In this document: piece after piece, positions 40,578-50,234 of the stretch
Layout: every line of letters begins with the position of its first letter
How positions within the stretch are numbered: position 1 is the first letter of the stretch
Assembly (NCBI GenBank): GCA_052279835.1
Contig: CP181291.1
Location: forward strand, 1,792,001 to 1,856,000
Source: Microcoleus sp.
Lineage (GTDB): Bacteria; Cyanobacteriota; Cyanobacteriia; Cyanobacteriales; Microcoleaceae
Direction: 5' to 3'
Length of the DNA: 64,000 bases
The notes under the pieces: generated by a model
The model's database searches: none
Seen by the model: only the letters and a program-made list of their open reading frames with translations
What the model was told of the DNA's origin: nothing
Position numbers and translations under genes: made by a program

Positions 40578-42796
40578 AGTCTAGAATTTCGCTCAAGCGG
40601 CGCAGTCTCCAGAAGCAGTTGCTTGGTAGTCTTGGTGTCTCTCTTGTCGCCGTCGGGCTAACTACACTGGCAGTCAACTATCAATTGACTCGGACTAATT
40701 TAGAAAAACAAGTGGAACAGAGAGCTTCGTCGATTAATCAAGGTTTGCAGTTTGCTACTGAGGGGTTAATTGAGCTTGACAATACGAGTGCTTTGCAGCG
40801 GGTGGTTCAAAATTATGCTACTTTGCCGGCGGTGGTAGAAATTGCGATCGTCCGTCCCAATGGCACGGTGATGGCTCATAGTTCTGGGTTTATCCCCAGT
40901 CGTCCCTATGGGGCAAGTCATCCAGAGTTGGCAGTTGTGATGGAGAAGGCTGCTAGCACTGGGGTGGAAACTAGCGATCGCCTGAATGTGCAAAACAAGG
41001 CTGTGCTGGTGGGTTTTTTGCCTTTTAGCAGCACGTTATTTAAAGCTAGTGGCACGCGGGGGCTGGCGATCGTGATACTGGATGCTGAGCAAATGGAGCG
41101 GGGTATTTGGCAAACTTTTCTGGCGTCAATGCTCGCCCTCACCGCAGGTATTGGGGTGATACTAGCCGTCACGGGGGTTTTGATTCGCCTCTTGGTTTTG
41201 CAACCGATCAATCGCTTGCGTCAAGCCGTAATCCTCAGTGAGGAAACGGGGAGCTTTACCCTCCCGCCGTCTATGTCTAGTAACGAAATTGGTTTCCTCG
41301 CCACCACGTTTAATCGGATTTTTAACCAAAATTTAGATTTACTCGAACAAGCTCGTCAGCAGGCTATTGTTTTGTCTCAGGCTAAAAATGCCGCTGATAG
41401 CGCTAGTCAGGCTAAGAGTGATTTTCTAGCCAATATGAGTCATGAGTTGCGAACTCCCCTCAATGGCATTCTGGGCTATGCCCAAATCCTCCACCGCAGC
41501 GAACCTCTGACTGAGCGAGGGAGTAAGGGGGTTGGCATTATTTATCAATGCGGTTCTCATCTCCTGACTCTAATTAATGATGTTCTGGATCTTTCTAAAA
41601 TTGAGGCTCGCAAAATGGATATTCGCCAGGGCGATTTTCATTTGCCTTCTTTTCTGGAGGGGATTGCGGAAATTTGTCGGATTCGGGCAGAACAAAAGGG
41701 TATTGATTTTATTTACACGCCTGGTGAGTTGCCCCTGGGGGTGCGATCGGATGAGCAGCGGTTGCGTCAAGTTTTGATTAATCTGTTGGGTAATGCTATT
41801 AAGTTTACCGATCGAGGTTGTGTCACTTTCAGGGTGAATATTGAGTCGGATCATACACCGGGTTGCTTTCTGGCTCGGTTCGTAATTCAAGATACGGGTG
41901 TGGGCATGGCGACAGACCATTTGCAGAAAATTTTTCTGCCTTTTGAGCAAGTTGGTAGTAGTAAAAAACAGTCAGAAGGGACGGGATTAGGACTATCAAT
42001 TAGCCAAAAAATTGTCGAATTAATGGGCAGTCATCTTCAAGTAAAAAGCGAGCTTGGTGTTGGCAGTACCTTTTGGTTTGAAGTTGAGCTAGCTGAGGCG
42101 GCAGAGTGGGCGATCGCCGCCCGCAAAAATATCCACGGAAATATCATCGGCTATCAGGGGGAAAGGCGCAAAATATTAATTGTGGATGACCGATGGGAAA
42201 ATCGGGCTGTGATTGTGAATTTGCTGGAGCCGATCGGCTTTACAATGATCGAAGCCTGTGACGGGAAAGAAGGCTTGGCGCAACTTGTTTGGAAGCCAGA
42301 TTTGGTGATTACTGATATTGCGATGCCGATTCTTAATGGCTTTGAGATGCTCAAACATCTGCGCCAAAATCCAGCTTACCAAACCTTGCCTGTGATTGTA
42401 TCTTCCGCCAGCGTGTTTGAGCTGGACCAGGACAAAAGCATCGCCGCCGGAGGTAACAGCTTTTTGGCCAAGCCAGTCCAGGCGGAAATCCTGCTAGACA
42501 AATTGCAAGCACTGCTCAAACTCGAATGGATTTATGAATCTGCCAACCCTAATTTGAATCAAACAGTCTCTGAAAGTCCCCCAGCAATAGTTCCACCGGC
42601 GATCGAAATCCTACAATATTTAGCTCAATTGATAGAAGAAGGAGACCTTTTCAAAGTCGAGGAAGAGTGTCATAGTTTGGCTCAGTCCCAGCCTGGGTGT
42701 GCTCTTTTTGCTGAGGCTGTAATTCAACTGGCTGAGAGTTTCCAAGCTAAAAAATTAATGGCATTCATTCAAGAGTATCTGGAGGCGGCATCATGA
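40565..42796 (+). CDS. Membrane-bound hybrid histidine kinase (2 TM, periplasmic domain, HAMP, HisKA, HATPase, REC)
   Basis: Two hydrophobic segments; [31 protein letters not shown]; receiver ILIVDD...TDIAMP...KP. Overlaps the SBP gene by 13 nt. Confidence 0.92.
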   Translation: METLKSRISLKRRSLQKQLLGSLGVSLVAVGLTTLAVNYQLTRTNLEKQVEQRASSINQGLQFATEGLIELDNTSALQRVVQNYATLPAVVEIAIVRPNGTVMAHSSGFIPSRPYGASHPELAVVMEKAASTGVETSDRLNVQNKAVLVGFLPFSSTLFKASGTRGLAIVILDAEQMERGIWQTFLASMLALTAGIGVILAVTGVLIRLLVLQPINRLRQAVILSEETGSFTLPPSMSSNEIGFLATTFNRIFNQNLDLLEQARQQAIVLSQAKNAADSASQAKSDFLANMSHELRTPLNGILGYAQILHRSEPLTERGSKGVGIIYQCGSHLLTLINDVLDLSKIEARKMDIRQGDFHLPSFLEGIAEICRIRAEQKGIDFIYTPGELPLGVRSDEQRLRQVLINLLGNAIKFTDRGCVTFRVNIESDHTPGCFLARFVIQDTGVGMATDHLQKIFLPFEQVGSSKKQSEGTGLGLSISQKIVELMGSHLQVKSELGVGSTFWFEVELAEAAEWAIAARKNIHGNIIGYQGERRKILIVDDRWENRAVIVNLLEPIGFTMIEACDGKEGLAQLVWKPDLVITDIAMPILNGFEMLKHLRQNPAYQTLPVIVSSASVFELDQDKSIAAGGNSFLAKPVQAEILLDKLQALLKLEWIYESANPNLNQTVSESPPAIVPPAIEILQYLAQLIEEGDLFKVEEECHSLAQSQPGCALFAEAVIQLAESFQAKKLMAFIQEYLEAAS

Positions 42797-44079
42797 GTGG
42801 CGGATTTATTTTGGTTGTGGATGACAATCCTACCAATCTGGCAGTAATTTCCCAAGCACTCCGCAGTGTGGGCTGGCAAGTCCGCATTGCCATAGATGGC
42901 GAAGATGCCCTCAGCAAAGTAGCACAAAATCCGCCGGAGCTGATCTTGCTGGATGTACAGATGCCTGGAATCGACGGCTTTGAGGTTTGTCTGCGACTGA
43001 AGGCTAATCCGAAGACTGCTGATATTCCCATTATTTTTATGACGGCCCTTTCTGATACTACTAGCAAGGTGAAGGGGCTATCTCTGGGTGCGGTGGATTA
43101 CATCACTAAGCCTTTTGAGCAGCAGGAAACTATTGCCCGCGTGCGCGTCCACCTCCAACTGCGTCATCTGACTCAAACTCTGGAGCAGCAGGTGCGGGAG
43201 CGCACGAGCCAACTGAGTCTGGCTCTGGAGGAACTCCAGCGTTCTCATCTCCAAGTTATTCAAAGCGAAAAGATGTCGGCCCTGGGTAATTTGGTGGCTG
43301 GGGTGGCTCATGAAATCAATAATCCCATTGGCTGCATTGTGGGTAATGTGGGTGCGGTAAATGATTATTTTGCGGTTTTGTTTGGCATCATTGAGCTCTA
43401 TGGCCAGAGGTTGCCCCATCCCGATCCTGAGATGTTGATGGCGTTAGAGAGGGTTGATTTGGACTATGTGCGCCAAGATTTGCCGAAGCTGGTGAAGGCG
43501 ATGAAGGAGGGTGGCGATCGCATTAAGGCCATCAGCCAGAGTCTGCGTACTTTTTCTCGTGCAGATACCGATCTCCCTGTGCCCTATAACATTCATGATG
43601 GCATCGACAGTACGCTGATGATTCTTCAACATCGTCTTAAGGCTAATGAGTTGCGTCCCGAAATTCCTGTAGTCGCGAACTATGGGGATTTGCCACTGGT
43701 GGAGTGCTATGCGGGGCAGTTGAATCAGGTGTTTATGAATCTGCTGGCTAATGCCATCGATGCGATCGATGAGAGCAATCAAGAGCGAACTTACGAGGAG
43801 ATTGAAGCTCGGCCTAGGCAAATTGTCATCACTACGGAGTTATCGGGCGATCGAGAAGCAGTGATTCGGATTAAGGATGGGGGTAAAGGAATGACTGAAG
43901 AAGTGAAACAAAGAATATTTGAACATTTATTTACTACGAAGGGGGTCGGGAAAGGTACGGGGTTGGGATTAGCGATCGCCCGTCAAATTATCGTGGAAAA
44001 ACATGGTGGTAAACTTACTGTTAATTCAGTGCCTGACCACGGTACAGAGTTTGCGATCGCCATTCCTATCAAATCATAA
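42793..44079 (+). CDS. Receiver-histidine kinase hybrid (REC-HisKA-HATPase)
   Basis: ILVVDD, LLDVQMP, ITKPF, then [23 protein letters not shown] overlap with the upstream gene. Confidence 0.92.
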   Translation: MSGGFILVVDDNPTNLAVISQALRSVGWQVRIAIDGEDALSKVAQNPPELILLDVQMPGIDGFEVCLRLKANPKTADIPIIFMTALSDTTSKVKGLSLGAVDYITKPFEQQETIARVRVHLQLRHLTQTLEQQVRERTSQLSLALEELQRSHLQVIQSEKMSALGNLVAGVAHEINNPIGCIVGNVGAVNDYFAVLFGIIELYGQRLPHPDPEMLMALERVDLDYVRQDLPKLVKAMKEGGDRIKAISQSLRTFSRADTDLPVPYNIHDGIDSTLMILQHRLKANELRPEIPVVANYGDLPLVECYAGQLNQVFMNLLANAIDAIDESNQERTYEEIEARPRQIVITTELSGDREAVIRIKDGGKGMTEEVKQRIFEHLFTTKGVGKGTGLGLAIARQIIVEKHGGKLTVNSVPDHGTEFAIAIPIKS

Positions 44080-44116
44080 AATAAAATGGAATAGAATAGA
44101 AGGCAAGGTTCTAATT
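44080..44116 (+). promoter_or_regulatory. Conserved upstream motif of kinase 5 (homologue of 12131-12167)
   Basis: AATAAAATGGAATAGAATAGAAGGCAAGGTTCTAATT, ending 31 nt before the ATG exactly as in kinase 1. Confidence 0.45.
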
Positions 44117-44147
44117 TAACTCTCAACTCATAGAGGAACCACGAGTT

Positions 44148-47100
44148 ATGGATGCGATCGCCACCATCTTAGGTTATCAAATCATCGAGCAACTGTATGC
44201 CGGTACGCGCACCCTAGTCTATCGAAGCATCCGTAATAGCGATCGACAGCCCGCCGTCATCAAAATCCTGCGCCACGAATACCCCAACTTCAACGAACTC
44301 CTACAATTTCGCAACCAATACATTATTGCCAAAAACCTCGACTGTCCCAGCATCGTCAAACCCCTTGCCCTAGAAGTATACCGCAACAGCTATGCCCTAG
44401 TCCTAGAAGACTTTGGCGGAGTCTCCCTATCTGATTATTTCAAACTGTCAACCGATGCCAGCGAAATTAATAAATCTTTACATTTAACTGAATTTTTCAA
44501 CCTAGCCATCCAACTCACAGACACCCTTGACTATCTTTACCAAAATCGAGTTATTCACAAAGACATTAAACCCGCCAATATCTTAATTAATCCCGAAACC
44601 AAACAAGTCAAACTCATTGACTTTAGTATTTCTTCCCTGCTACCTAGAGAAACCCAAGAAATCCAAAATCCCAATGTCTTAGAAGGGACATTAGCCTATC
44701 TCTCTCCTGAACAAACAGGCAGAATGAATCGAGGGATAGATTATCGCAGCGATTTTTATTCCCTGGGCGTGACCTTTTATCAATTATTGACCGGACAGTT
44801 ACCATTTGCCTCAGCAGATGCGATGGAGTTAGTGCATTTTCATCTAGCCAAACAGCCTATATCGATTCATAAAATAAATCCCGAAATTCCGGTAACTTTA
44901 TCAAACATTGTCAATAAATTGCTCGCCAAAAATGCCGAAAATAGATATCAAAGTGCCTTGGGAATAAAATATGATTTAGAAAATTGTTTAACTCAATGGC
45001 AAACCACAGGAAAAATCGGAGATTTTAAACTCGCCAAGCTAGATATTACAGACAGATTTATCATTCCCGAAAAACTATACGGTCGAGAAAAAGAAGTTAG
45101 CGAACTATTAACAGCCTTTGAAAGAATCAGCGCCGGTAGCACAGAAATGATGCTTGTAGCCGGATTTTCAGGAATCGGGAAAACCGGAGTAGTCAATGAA
45201 GTACATAAACCCATTGTCCGTCAGCGCGGTTATTTTATCAAAGGCAAATACGACCAATTTCAGCGGAACATTCCCTTCAGTGCATTTGTGCAAGCATTCC
45301 GCGATTTAATCAGTCAATTGCTATCCGAATCCGATGCCCAACTAGAAATATGGAAAACCCAGATATTAGCCGCCGTAGGAGAGAACGGACAAGTCTTAAT
45401 TGACGTAATTCCTGACTTAGAAAAAATCATCGGCAAACAGCCACTGGCTACAGAATTATCAGGAAATGCAGCCCAAAATCGCTTTAATCTCATCTTTAAA
45501 AAATTCCTCCAAGTTTTCACCGTAAAAAAACATCCCTTAGTGATGTTTTTAGATGACTTGCAATGGGCAGATTCAGCCTCCCTGAATTTGCTAGAATTAT
45601 TGATGGAAGATAGCGGCTATTTATTAGTCTTAGGGGCTTATCGAGATAATGAAGTTTCCCCAGGACATCCGTTGATGTTAAAACTGGATCGACTTGTTAA
45701 AGCTGGAGCCAAAATTAATACAATTACCCTGGCACCGTTGCAGCTAGAAGATCTGAATCATTTGGTGTCGGATACATTGAATTGCGACTCACAGCTTGCT
45801 CAAGCCTTGACCAAATTAGTGTATCAAAAAACCCAAGGAAATCCTTTTTTTGCAACTCAATTTATCAAAGCGTTATATGACGATAAGCTGATTAAATTTT
45901 CCCCACCTCAGTCCCCCCTCAGCAACGCGGGAACCCCAGGGGGATGGCAGTGCGATATTGCTAAAGTTCAAGCCTTGGCACTCACCGATGATGTGGTGGA
46001 GTTTATGGCGCTGCAATTGCAGAAGTTGCCCGCTGAAACTCAGGATATTCTCAAATTAGCCGCTTGTATTAGTGCCGAGTTTGATTTGAATACTTTAGTA
46101 ATCGTCAGTGAAAAAACTCCAGGAATGACGGCTAGGGCTTTATGGAAAGCATTGCAGTCGGGGTTGGTGATTCCCACAACTAAAATCTATAAGTTTTTTA
46201 CTGAATCCGATAGTGAAGAAGTTTTCAATTCTGCCTCTAATTCGAGTTATCGATTTCTGCACGATCGCGTTCAGCAAGCCGCCTATTCCCTAATTCCTGA
46301 CCACCAAAAACAAGCCACTCATCTCCTGATTGGCACATTGCTTCAGCAAAATTACTCAGAGACAGCCAGAGAAGAAAAACTGTTTGAAATTGTCGGACAT
46401 TTGAATTTAGGACAAGAGTTGATTGTGCAACCCAGCGAGCGCGAAGCCTTAGCCCAATTAAACTTACAAGCAGGAAAAAAAGCTCGACATTCTACGGCTT
46501 ATGCTGCGGCCAAAACTTATCTGGAAACCGGGATTAAGCTACTACAAACAAACTGCTGGAAAAATCAGTATGACTTGACCCTAGCCCTATATGTAGAAGC
46601 AACGGAAGCAGCATATCTGAATACTGATATAGATGAGATGGAACGCCTTGTAACAGAGGTACTGCAACAAGCAAAAACAGCATTGGATACAGTCAAAGTA
46701 TATGGGTTAAAAATTAAGGCCTACACATCCCAGGGCAAATTCCTCGAAGCCATCCAGACTGGATTAACAATATTAAAGCAATTTGATATCTATCTACCTG
46801 AATCACCAAATTTAGAAGATGTCGCACGGGTGAGTCAAGAAACACAGGGTTTTCTAGGTAGCAAACAACCAGGGGAGCTGCTAGATCTGCCAGAGATGAC
46901 TAACCCTCAAATTTTGGCAGCAATGGAAATTATCAATGAAATATCTGTCCCGGCTTATTTGACTAAACCCAATCTTAATTCATTGATAATTATGACACAG
47001 ATGAATTTATCAATGATTTATGGAAATGCACCTGTTTCTGCCTTGGGCTATTCTAGCTATGGGTTATTTCTGTGTGCTATTGCGGGCGATATCGACCGGG

Positions 47101-49553
47101 GCTATGAATTCGGTCAATTGGCATTAAATTTATTATCTAAGTTCAAACAAAAGAAACTTGAAGCCAGAGTCCTATTTGTCACTACCACTTTTATATTTCA
47201 TTGGAAAGTTCATGTAAAAGAAACCTTGAAACTACTGCAAAATGCTTATTCTAGCGGTTGGGAAAGTGGAAGTTTAATGGACTTGGGCTACGCAGCGTAT
47301 ATTTACGGAACCCACGCCTATTTAATGGGTTATGAGTTGTCTCAGCTCCAACAAGAAATGACAGCTTATAGCCTGGTATTGGCACAGATAAATCAGCAAA
47401 CACAGCTTAAATACAATGAACTGTACCGCCAGTCAGTTTTAAATTTGCTCGGTCAAACTGCCAGTCCATTTTTGTTGCTTGGGGAAGCGGAAAAAGAACA
47501 AAATTTGTTAGGACAATATCAACAAAATAATGACAAAACTGGATTGTGGCATTTCTGTTTTAATAAATTAGTTCTGTGTTATTTGTTTCAAAGAATTGAA
47601 CAAGCGGTGGAGTATATTGAACGGGCAGAAGATTATTTGGCTGGGGGAAAAGGAATGTGTAATATTCCTGCTTTCCATTTTTATGCTTCTCTCACTCGGT
47701 TGAGTGTGTTGCCTAGTTATCCACAATATAAACAGGAAAAACTCTGGGAACAAGTCGCGGAAAGTCAGAAAAATTTGCAAAAATGGGCGACTCATGCTCC
47801 CATGAATCATTTGCACAAATATTATTTAGTGGAAGCAGAAACCAATCGCATCCTCGCTAATAAACTGGCAGCAATAGAATGCTACGATCTCGCAATTCAA
47901 GGAGCCAAAGCTAACGAATATATCCAAGAAGAAGCTCTAGCAAATGAATTAGCAGCTAAATTTTACCTGGGGTGGGGGAAGGAAAAAGTGGCGGCTGGCT
48001 ATATGCAAGAAGCCTACTATTGCTACGCTCGATGGGGAGCTAAGGCTAAAGTCACCGATTTAGAAAAAGGTTATCCCCAACTGCTGGCGCCTATTCTGCA
48101 ATTACCTCGCGCTGTTGACTCTTTCAAGGAAACGATCGCACGGGAAACCATCACTTCTTCCAAAACCTCTAGCAGCGCTTATGAATTCCTAGATTTGGCA
48201 ACGTTACTCAAAGCCTCTCAAGCCATTTCTGGAGAAATTGAACTCAACAAACTCCTGACTACTCTCCTAAAAATAGTGATAGCCAACGCTGGGGCTAGTA
48301 AGTGTGTGTTGCTGCTGAAACAAGATAGTTCGTTAACATTAGTGGCTATGGTAGAAGAAGGCAAATCGCCCCAACTGTTGCCGTCGATTCCCCTAGAATC
48401 TAGCCAAGATTTGGCAGTTAGTGTGGTGAATATTGTCAAGCACACCTTGCAACCTGTAGTATTAGTTGATGCCAGGATCGATACTCAGTTTGCTGTCGAT
48501 AGTTATATTGAAAAATACCAGCCCAAAAGCATCATTTGCAGCCCAATTCTGAATCAAGGGCAGTCCATCGGGGTTTTATATCTCGAAAATAATCTGACGG
48601 TGGGAGCCTTTACGGGAGATCGCATTGAAGTCCTGAATCTAATTTGCGCTCAAGCTGCGATTTCTTTAGAAAATGCCCGCCTTTATCAAGCCGCCCAACA
48701 AGCATTGACGGACCTCAAACAAGCCCAACTCAAAATAGTTCAAAGCGAAAAGATGTCTGTTTTGGGGAATCTAGTGGCTGGGATTGCCCACGAAATTAAT
48801 AACCCCATTGGATTCCTTGGGGGCAATATTCAACCCGCCCTAGATTATATCAATGATTTGTTGGGATTAATCGATTTAGTCCAAGCAAAATATCCCCAAT
48901 TAGAGCCAGAAATTCAAGAAGAAATTGAAAACATCGAACTTGATTATATCCGAAAAGATTTACCGAAATTAGTTGGTTCGATGCGGGAAGGGGTGAACCG
49001 GATTCGGGATATCAGTAACAGTCTGCGGACTTTTTCCCGTGCTGACACCGATCGCCCTGTAGCTTGCAATCTCCACGATGGTATTGATAGCACCTTGATG
49101 ATTCTTAAGCACCGTCTCAAGGCTAACGAAACTCGCCCAGAGATTGTTGTCATCAAGGACTACAGTAATTTGCCACTGGTAGAGTGCTATGCCGGACAAT
49201 TAAACCAGGTGTTTATGAATTTGTTGGCCAATGCGATCGATGCTTTTGATGAATCCAATCAAGGCAAAAATTATGAAGAAATTGCCAATCACATTACTAT
49301 TGTCACTGAGTTATCGAGCGATCGCCAACAAGCCATAGTTCGGATTAAAGATAACGGTTTGGGGATGAATGAAGATGTACAATCCCACATATTTGACCAT
49401 TTATTTACTACGAAAGCGGTGGGTAAAGGTACCGGATTGGGATTGGCGATCGCCAGTCAAATTGTTGTGGAAAAACACGGCGGACAAATTACAGTTAATT
49501 CCGCTCTTAACCAAGGTACAGAGTTTACCATCGCCATTCCTGTCAATCCCTAG
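44148..49553 (+). CDS. Hybrid Ser/Thr kinase-AAA ATPase-GAF-histidine kinase, paralogue 5
   Basis: [56 protein letters not shown]-terminus resembles paralogue 1. Confidence 0.92.
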   Translation: MDAIATILGYQIIEQLYAGTRTLVYRSIRNSDRQPAVIKILRHEYPNFNELLQFRNQYIIAKNLDCPSIVKPLALEVYRNSYALVLEDFGGVSLSDYFKLSTDASEINKSLHLTEFFNLAIQLTDTLDYLYQNRVIHKDIKPANILINPETKQVKLIDFSISSLLPRETQEIQNPNVLEGTLAYLSPEQTGRMNRGIDYRSDFYSLGVTFYQLLTGQLPFASADAMELVHFHLAKQPISIHKINPEIPVTLSNIVNKLLAKNAENRYQSALGIKYDLENCLTQWQTTGKIGDFKLAKLDITDRFIIPEKLYGREKEVSELLTAFERISAGSTEMMLVAGFSGIGKTGVVNEVHKPIVRQRGYFIKGKYDQFQRNIPFSAFVQAFRDLISQLLSESDAQLEIWKTQILAAVGENGQVLIDVIPDLEKIIGKQPLATELSGNAAQNRFNLIFKKFLQVFTVKKHPLVMFLDDLQWADSASLNLLELLMEDSGYLLVLGAYRDNEVSPGHPLMLKLDRLVKAGAKINTITLAPLQLEDLNHLVSDTLNCDSQLAQALTKLVYQKTQGNPFFATQFIKALYDDKLIKFSPPQSPLSNAGTPGGWQCDIAKVQALALTDDVVEFMALQLQKLPAETQDILKLAACISAEFDLNTLVIVSEKTPGMTARALWKALQSGLVIPTTKIYKFFTESDSEEVFNSASNSSYRFLHDRVQQAAYSLIPDHQKQATHLLIGTLLQQNYSETAREEKLFEIVGHLNLGQELIVQPSEREALAQLNLQAGKKARHSTAYAAAKTYLETGIKLLQTNCWKNQYDLTLALYVEATEAAYLNTDIDEMERLVTEVLQQAKTALDTVKVYGLKIKAYTSQGKFLEAIQTGLTILKQFDIYLPESPNLEDVARVSQETQGFLGSKQPGELLDLPEMTNPQILAAMEIINEISVPAYLTKPNLNSLIIMTQMNLSMIYGNAPVSALGYSSYGLFLCAIAGDIDRGYEFGQLALNLLSKFKQKKLEARVLFVTTTFIFHWKVHVKETLKLLQNAYSSGWESGSLMDLGYAAYIYGTHAYLMGYELSQLQQEMTAYSLVLAQINQQTQLKYNELYRQSVLNLLGQTASPFLLLGEAEKEQNLLGQYQQNNDKTGLWHFCFNKLVLCYLFQRIEQAVEYIERAEDYLAGGKGMCNIPAFHFYASLTRLSVLPSYPQYKQEKLWEQVAESQKNLQKWATHAPMNHLHKYYLVEAETNRILANKLAAIECYDLAIQGAKANEYIQEEALANELAAKFYLGWGKEKVAAGYMQEAYYCYARWGAKAKVTDLEKGYPQLLAPILQLPRAVDSFKETIARETITSSKTSSSAYEFLDLATLLKASQAISGEIELNKLLTTLLKIVIANAGASKCVLLLKQDSSLTLVAMVEEGKSPQLLPSIPLESSQDLAVSVVNIVKHTLQPVVLVDARIDTQFAVDSYIEKYQPKSIICSPILNQGQSIGVLYLENNLTVGAFTGDRIEVLNLICAQAAISLENARLYQAAQQALTDLKQAQLKIVQSEKMSVLGNLVAGIAHEINNPIGFLGGNIQPALDYINDLLGLIDLVQAKYPQLEPEIQEEIENIELDYIRKDLPKLVGSMREGVNRIRDISNSLRTFSRADTDRPVACNLHDGIDSTLMILKHRLKANETRPEIVVIKDYSNLPLVECYAGQLNQVFMNLLANAIDAFDESNQGKNYEEIANHITIVTELSSDRQQAIVRIKDNGLGMNEDVQSHIFDHLFTTKAVGKGTGLGLAIASQIVVEKHGGQITVNSALNQGTEFTIAIPVNP

Positions 49554-49914
49554 CAGAAATTCAAGCAGATCTAGCAGTCACCTTCACAGCCTTGGCAGTT
49601 GCTATATAAGATCGACTATATCTATCTGCGTGATGGCGCGATCGCTCCCTGGATATGCCGGTCGATCGTCACAAATTATGCTTGTCAGAGCAAGACAAAT
49701 TAGGCAATTACACTGAATTAGTAATTTAACCACTACATCAAATATTTTAAGTAAAAATCCTCATTTAAGTGTGATATCATATACAGTGAACAAGCTGGAA
49801 ATGCGATCGCCACTTTAGCACGCTGGCAGCCCATTTATCATTCCCAACCAGTTATAATCCAAATGCAACGATAGGATTTACCCCTTAACTTGCATATTTC
49901 TCCTTAGCTGGGTA

Positions 49915-50035
49915 GGGTGCATTTCAATTTTGTAATGGCGAAGCATGATCGCAGACAATTTATTAGTTATAACCAGAGATTTACTAAGGTCATGCTTCGC
50001 CCCTACCAATATATTTGCCAAACTAGGATGCACCC
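49915..50035. repeat. ~120-bp nested palindromic element, copy 2
   Basis: GGGTGCAT...GGCGAAGCATGATCGCAGACAATTTATTAG..ATAACCAGAGATTTAC...GGTCATGCTTCGCCCCTAC...GATGCACCC, collinear with 33442-33561. Confidence 0.85.
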
Positions 50036-50234
50036 GCTGGGTAACTTCTAACCTTTTTTGTAATTTCTGGACTTAAATGTCCTAACTTAAGCCACTGCGA
50101 GGGTGCATCTGAGAGCAAAAACTAGGATTAGTCAATACCTTGATAAGAGCAGTGTTTTTTGCAGGAATATGAGAGTTAAATTAGTAAAATTTGCCAAAAA
50201 CAGCGAACGTTTTTAACATCCCAGTTTAAAATCT

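Noticed and set aside
12199..49553. Diversity-generating retroelement explaining paralogue variability
   Set aside because: No reverse transcriptase in the window. I saw no TR/VR pair with adenine-specific differences; divergence is block-wise.
49369..49716. 115-aa ORF overlapping the end of paralogue 5
   Set aside because: Alternate-frame overlap with conserved HATPase codons and no domain signal.
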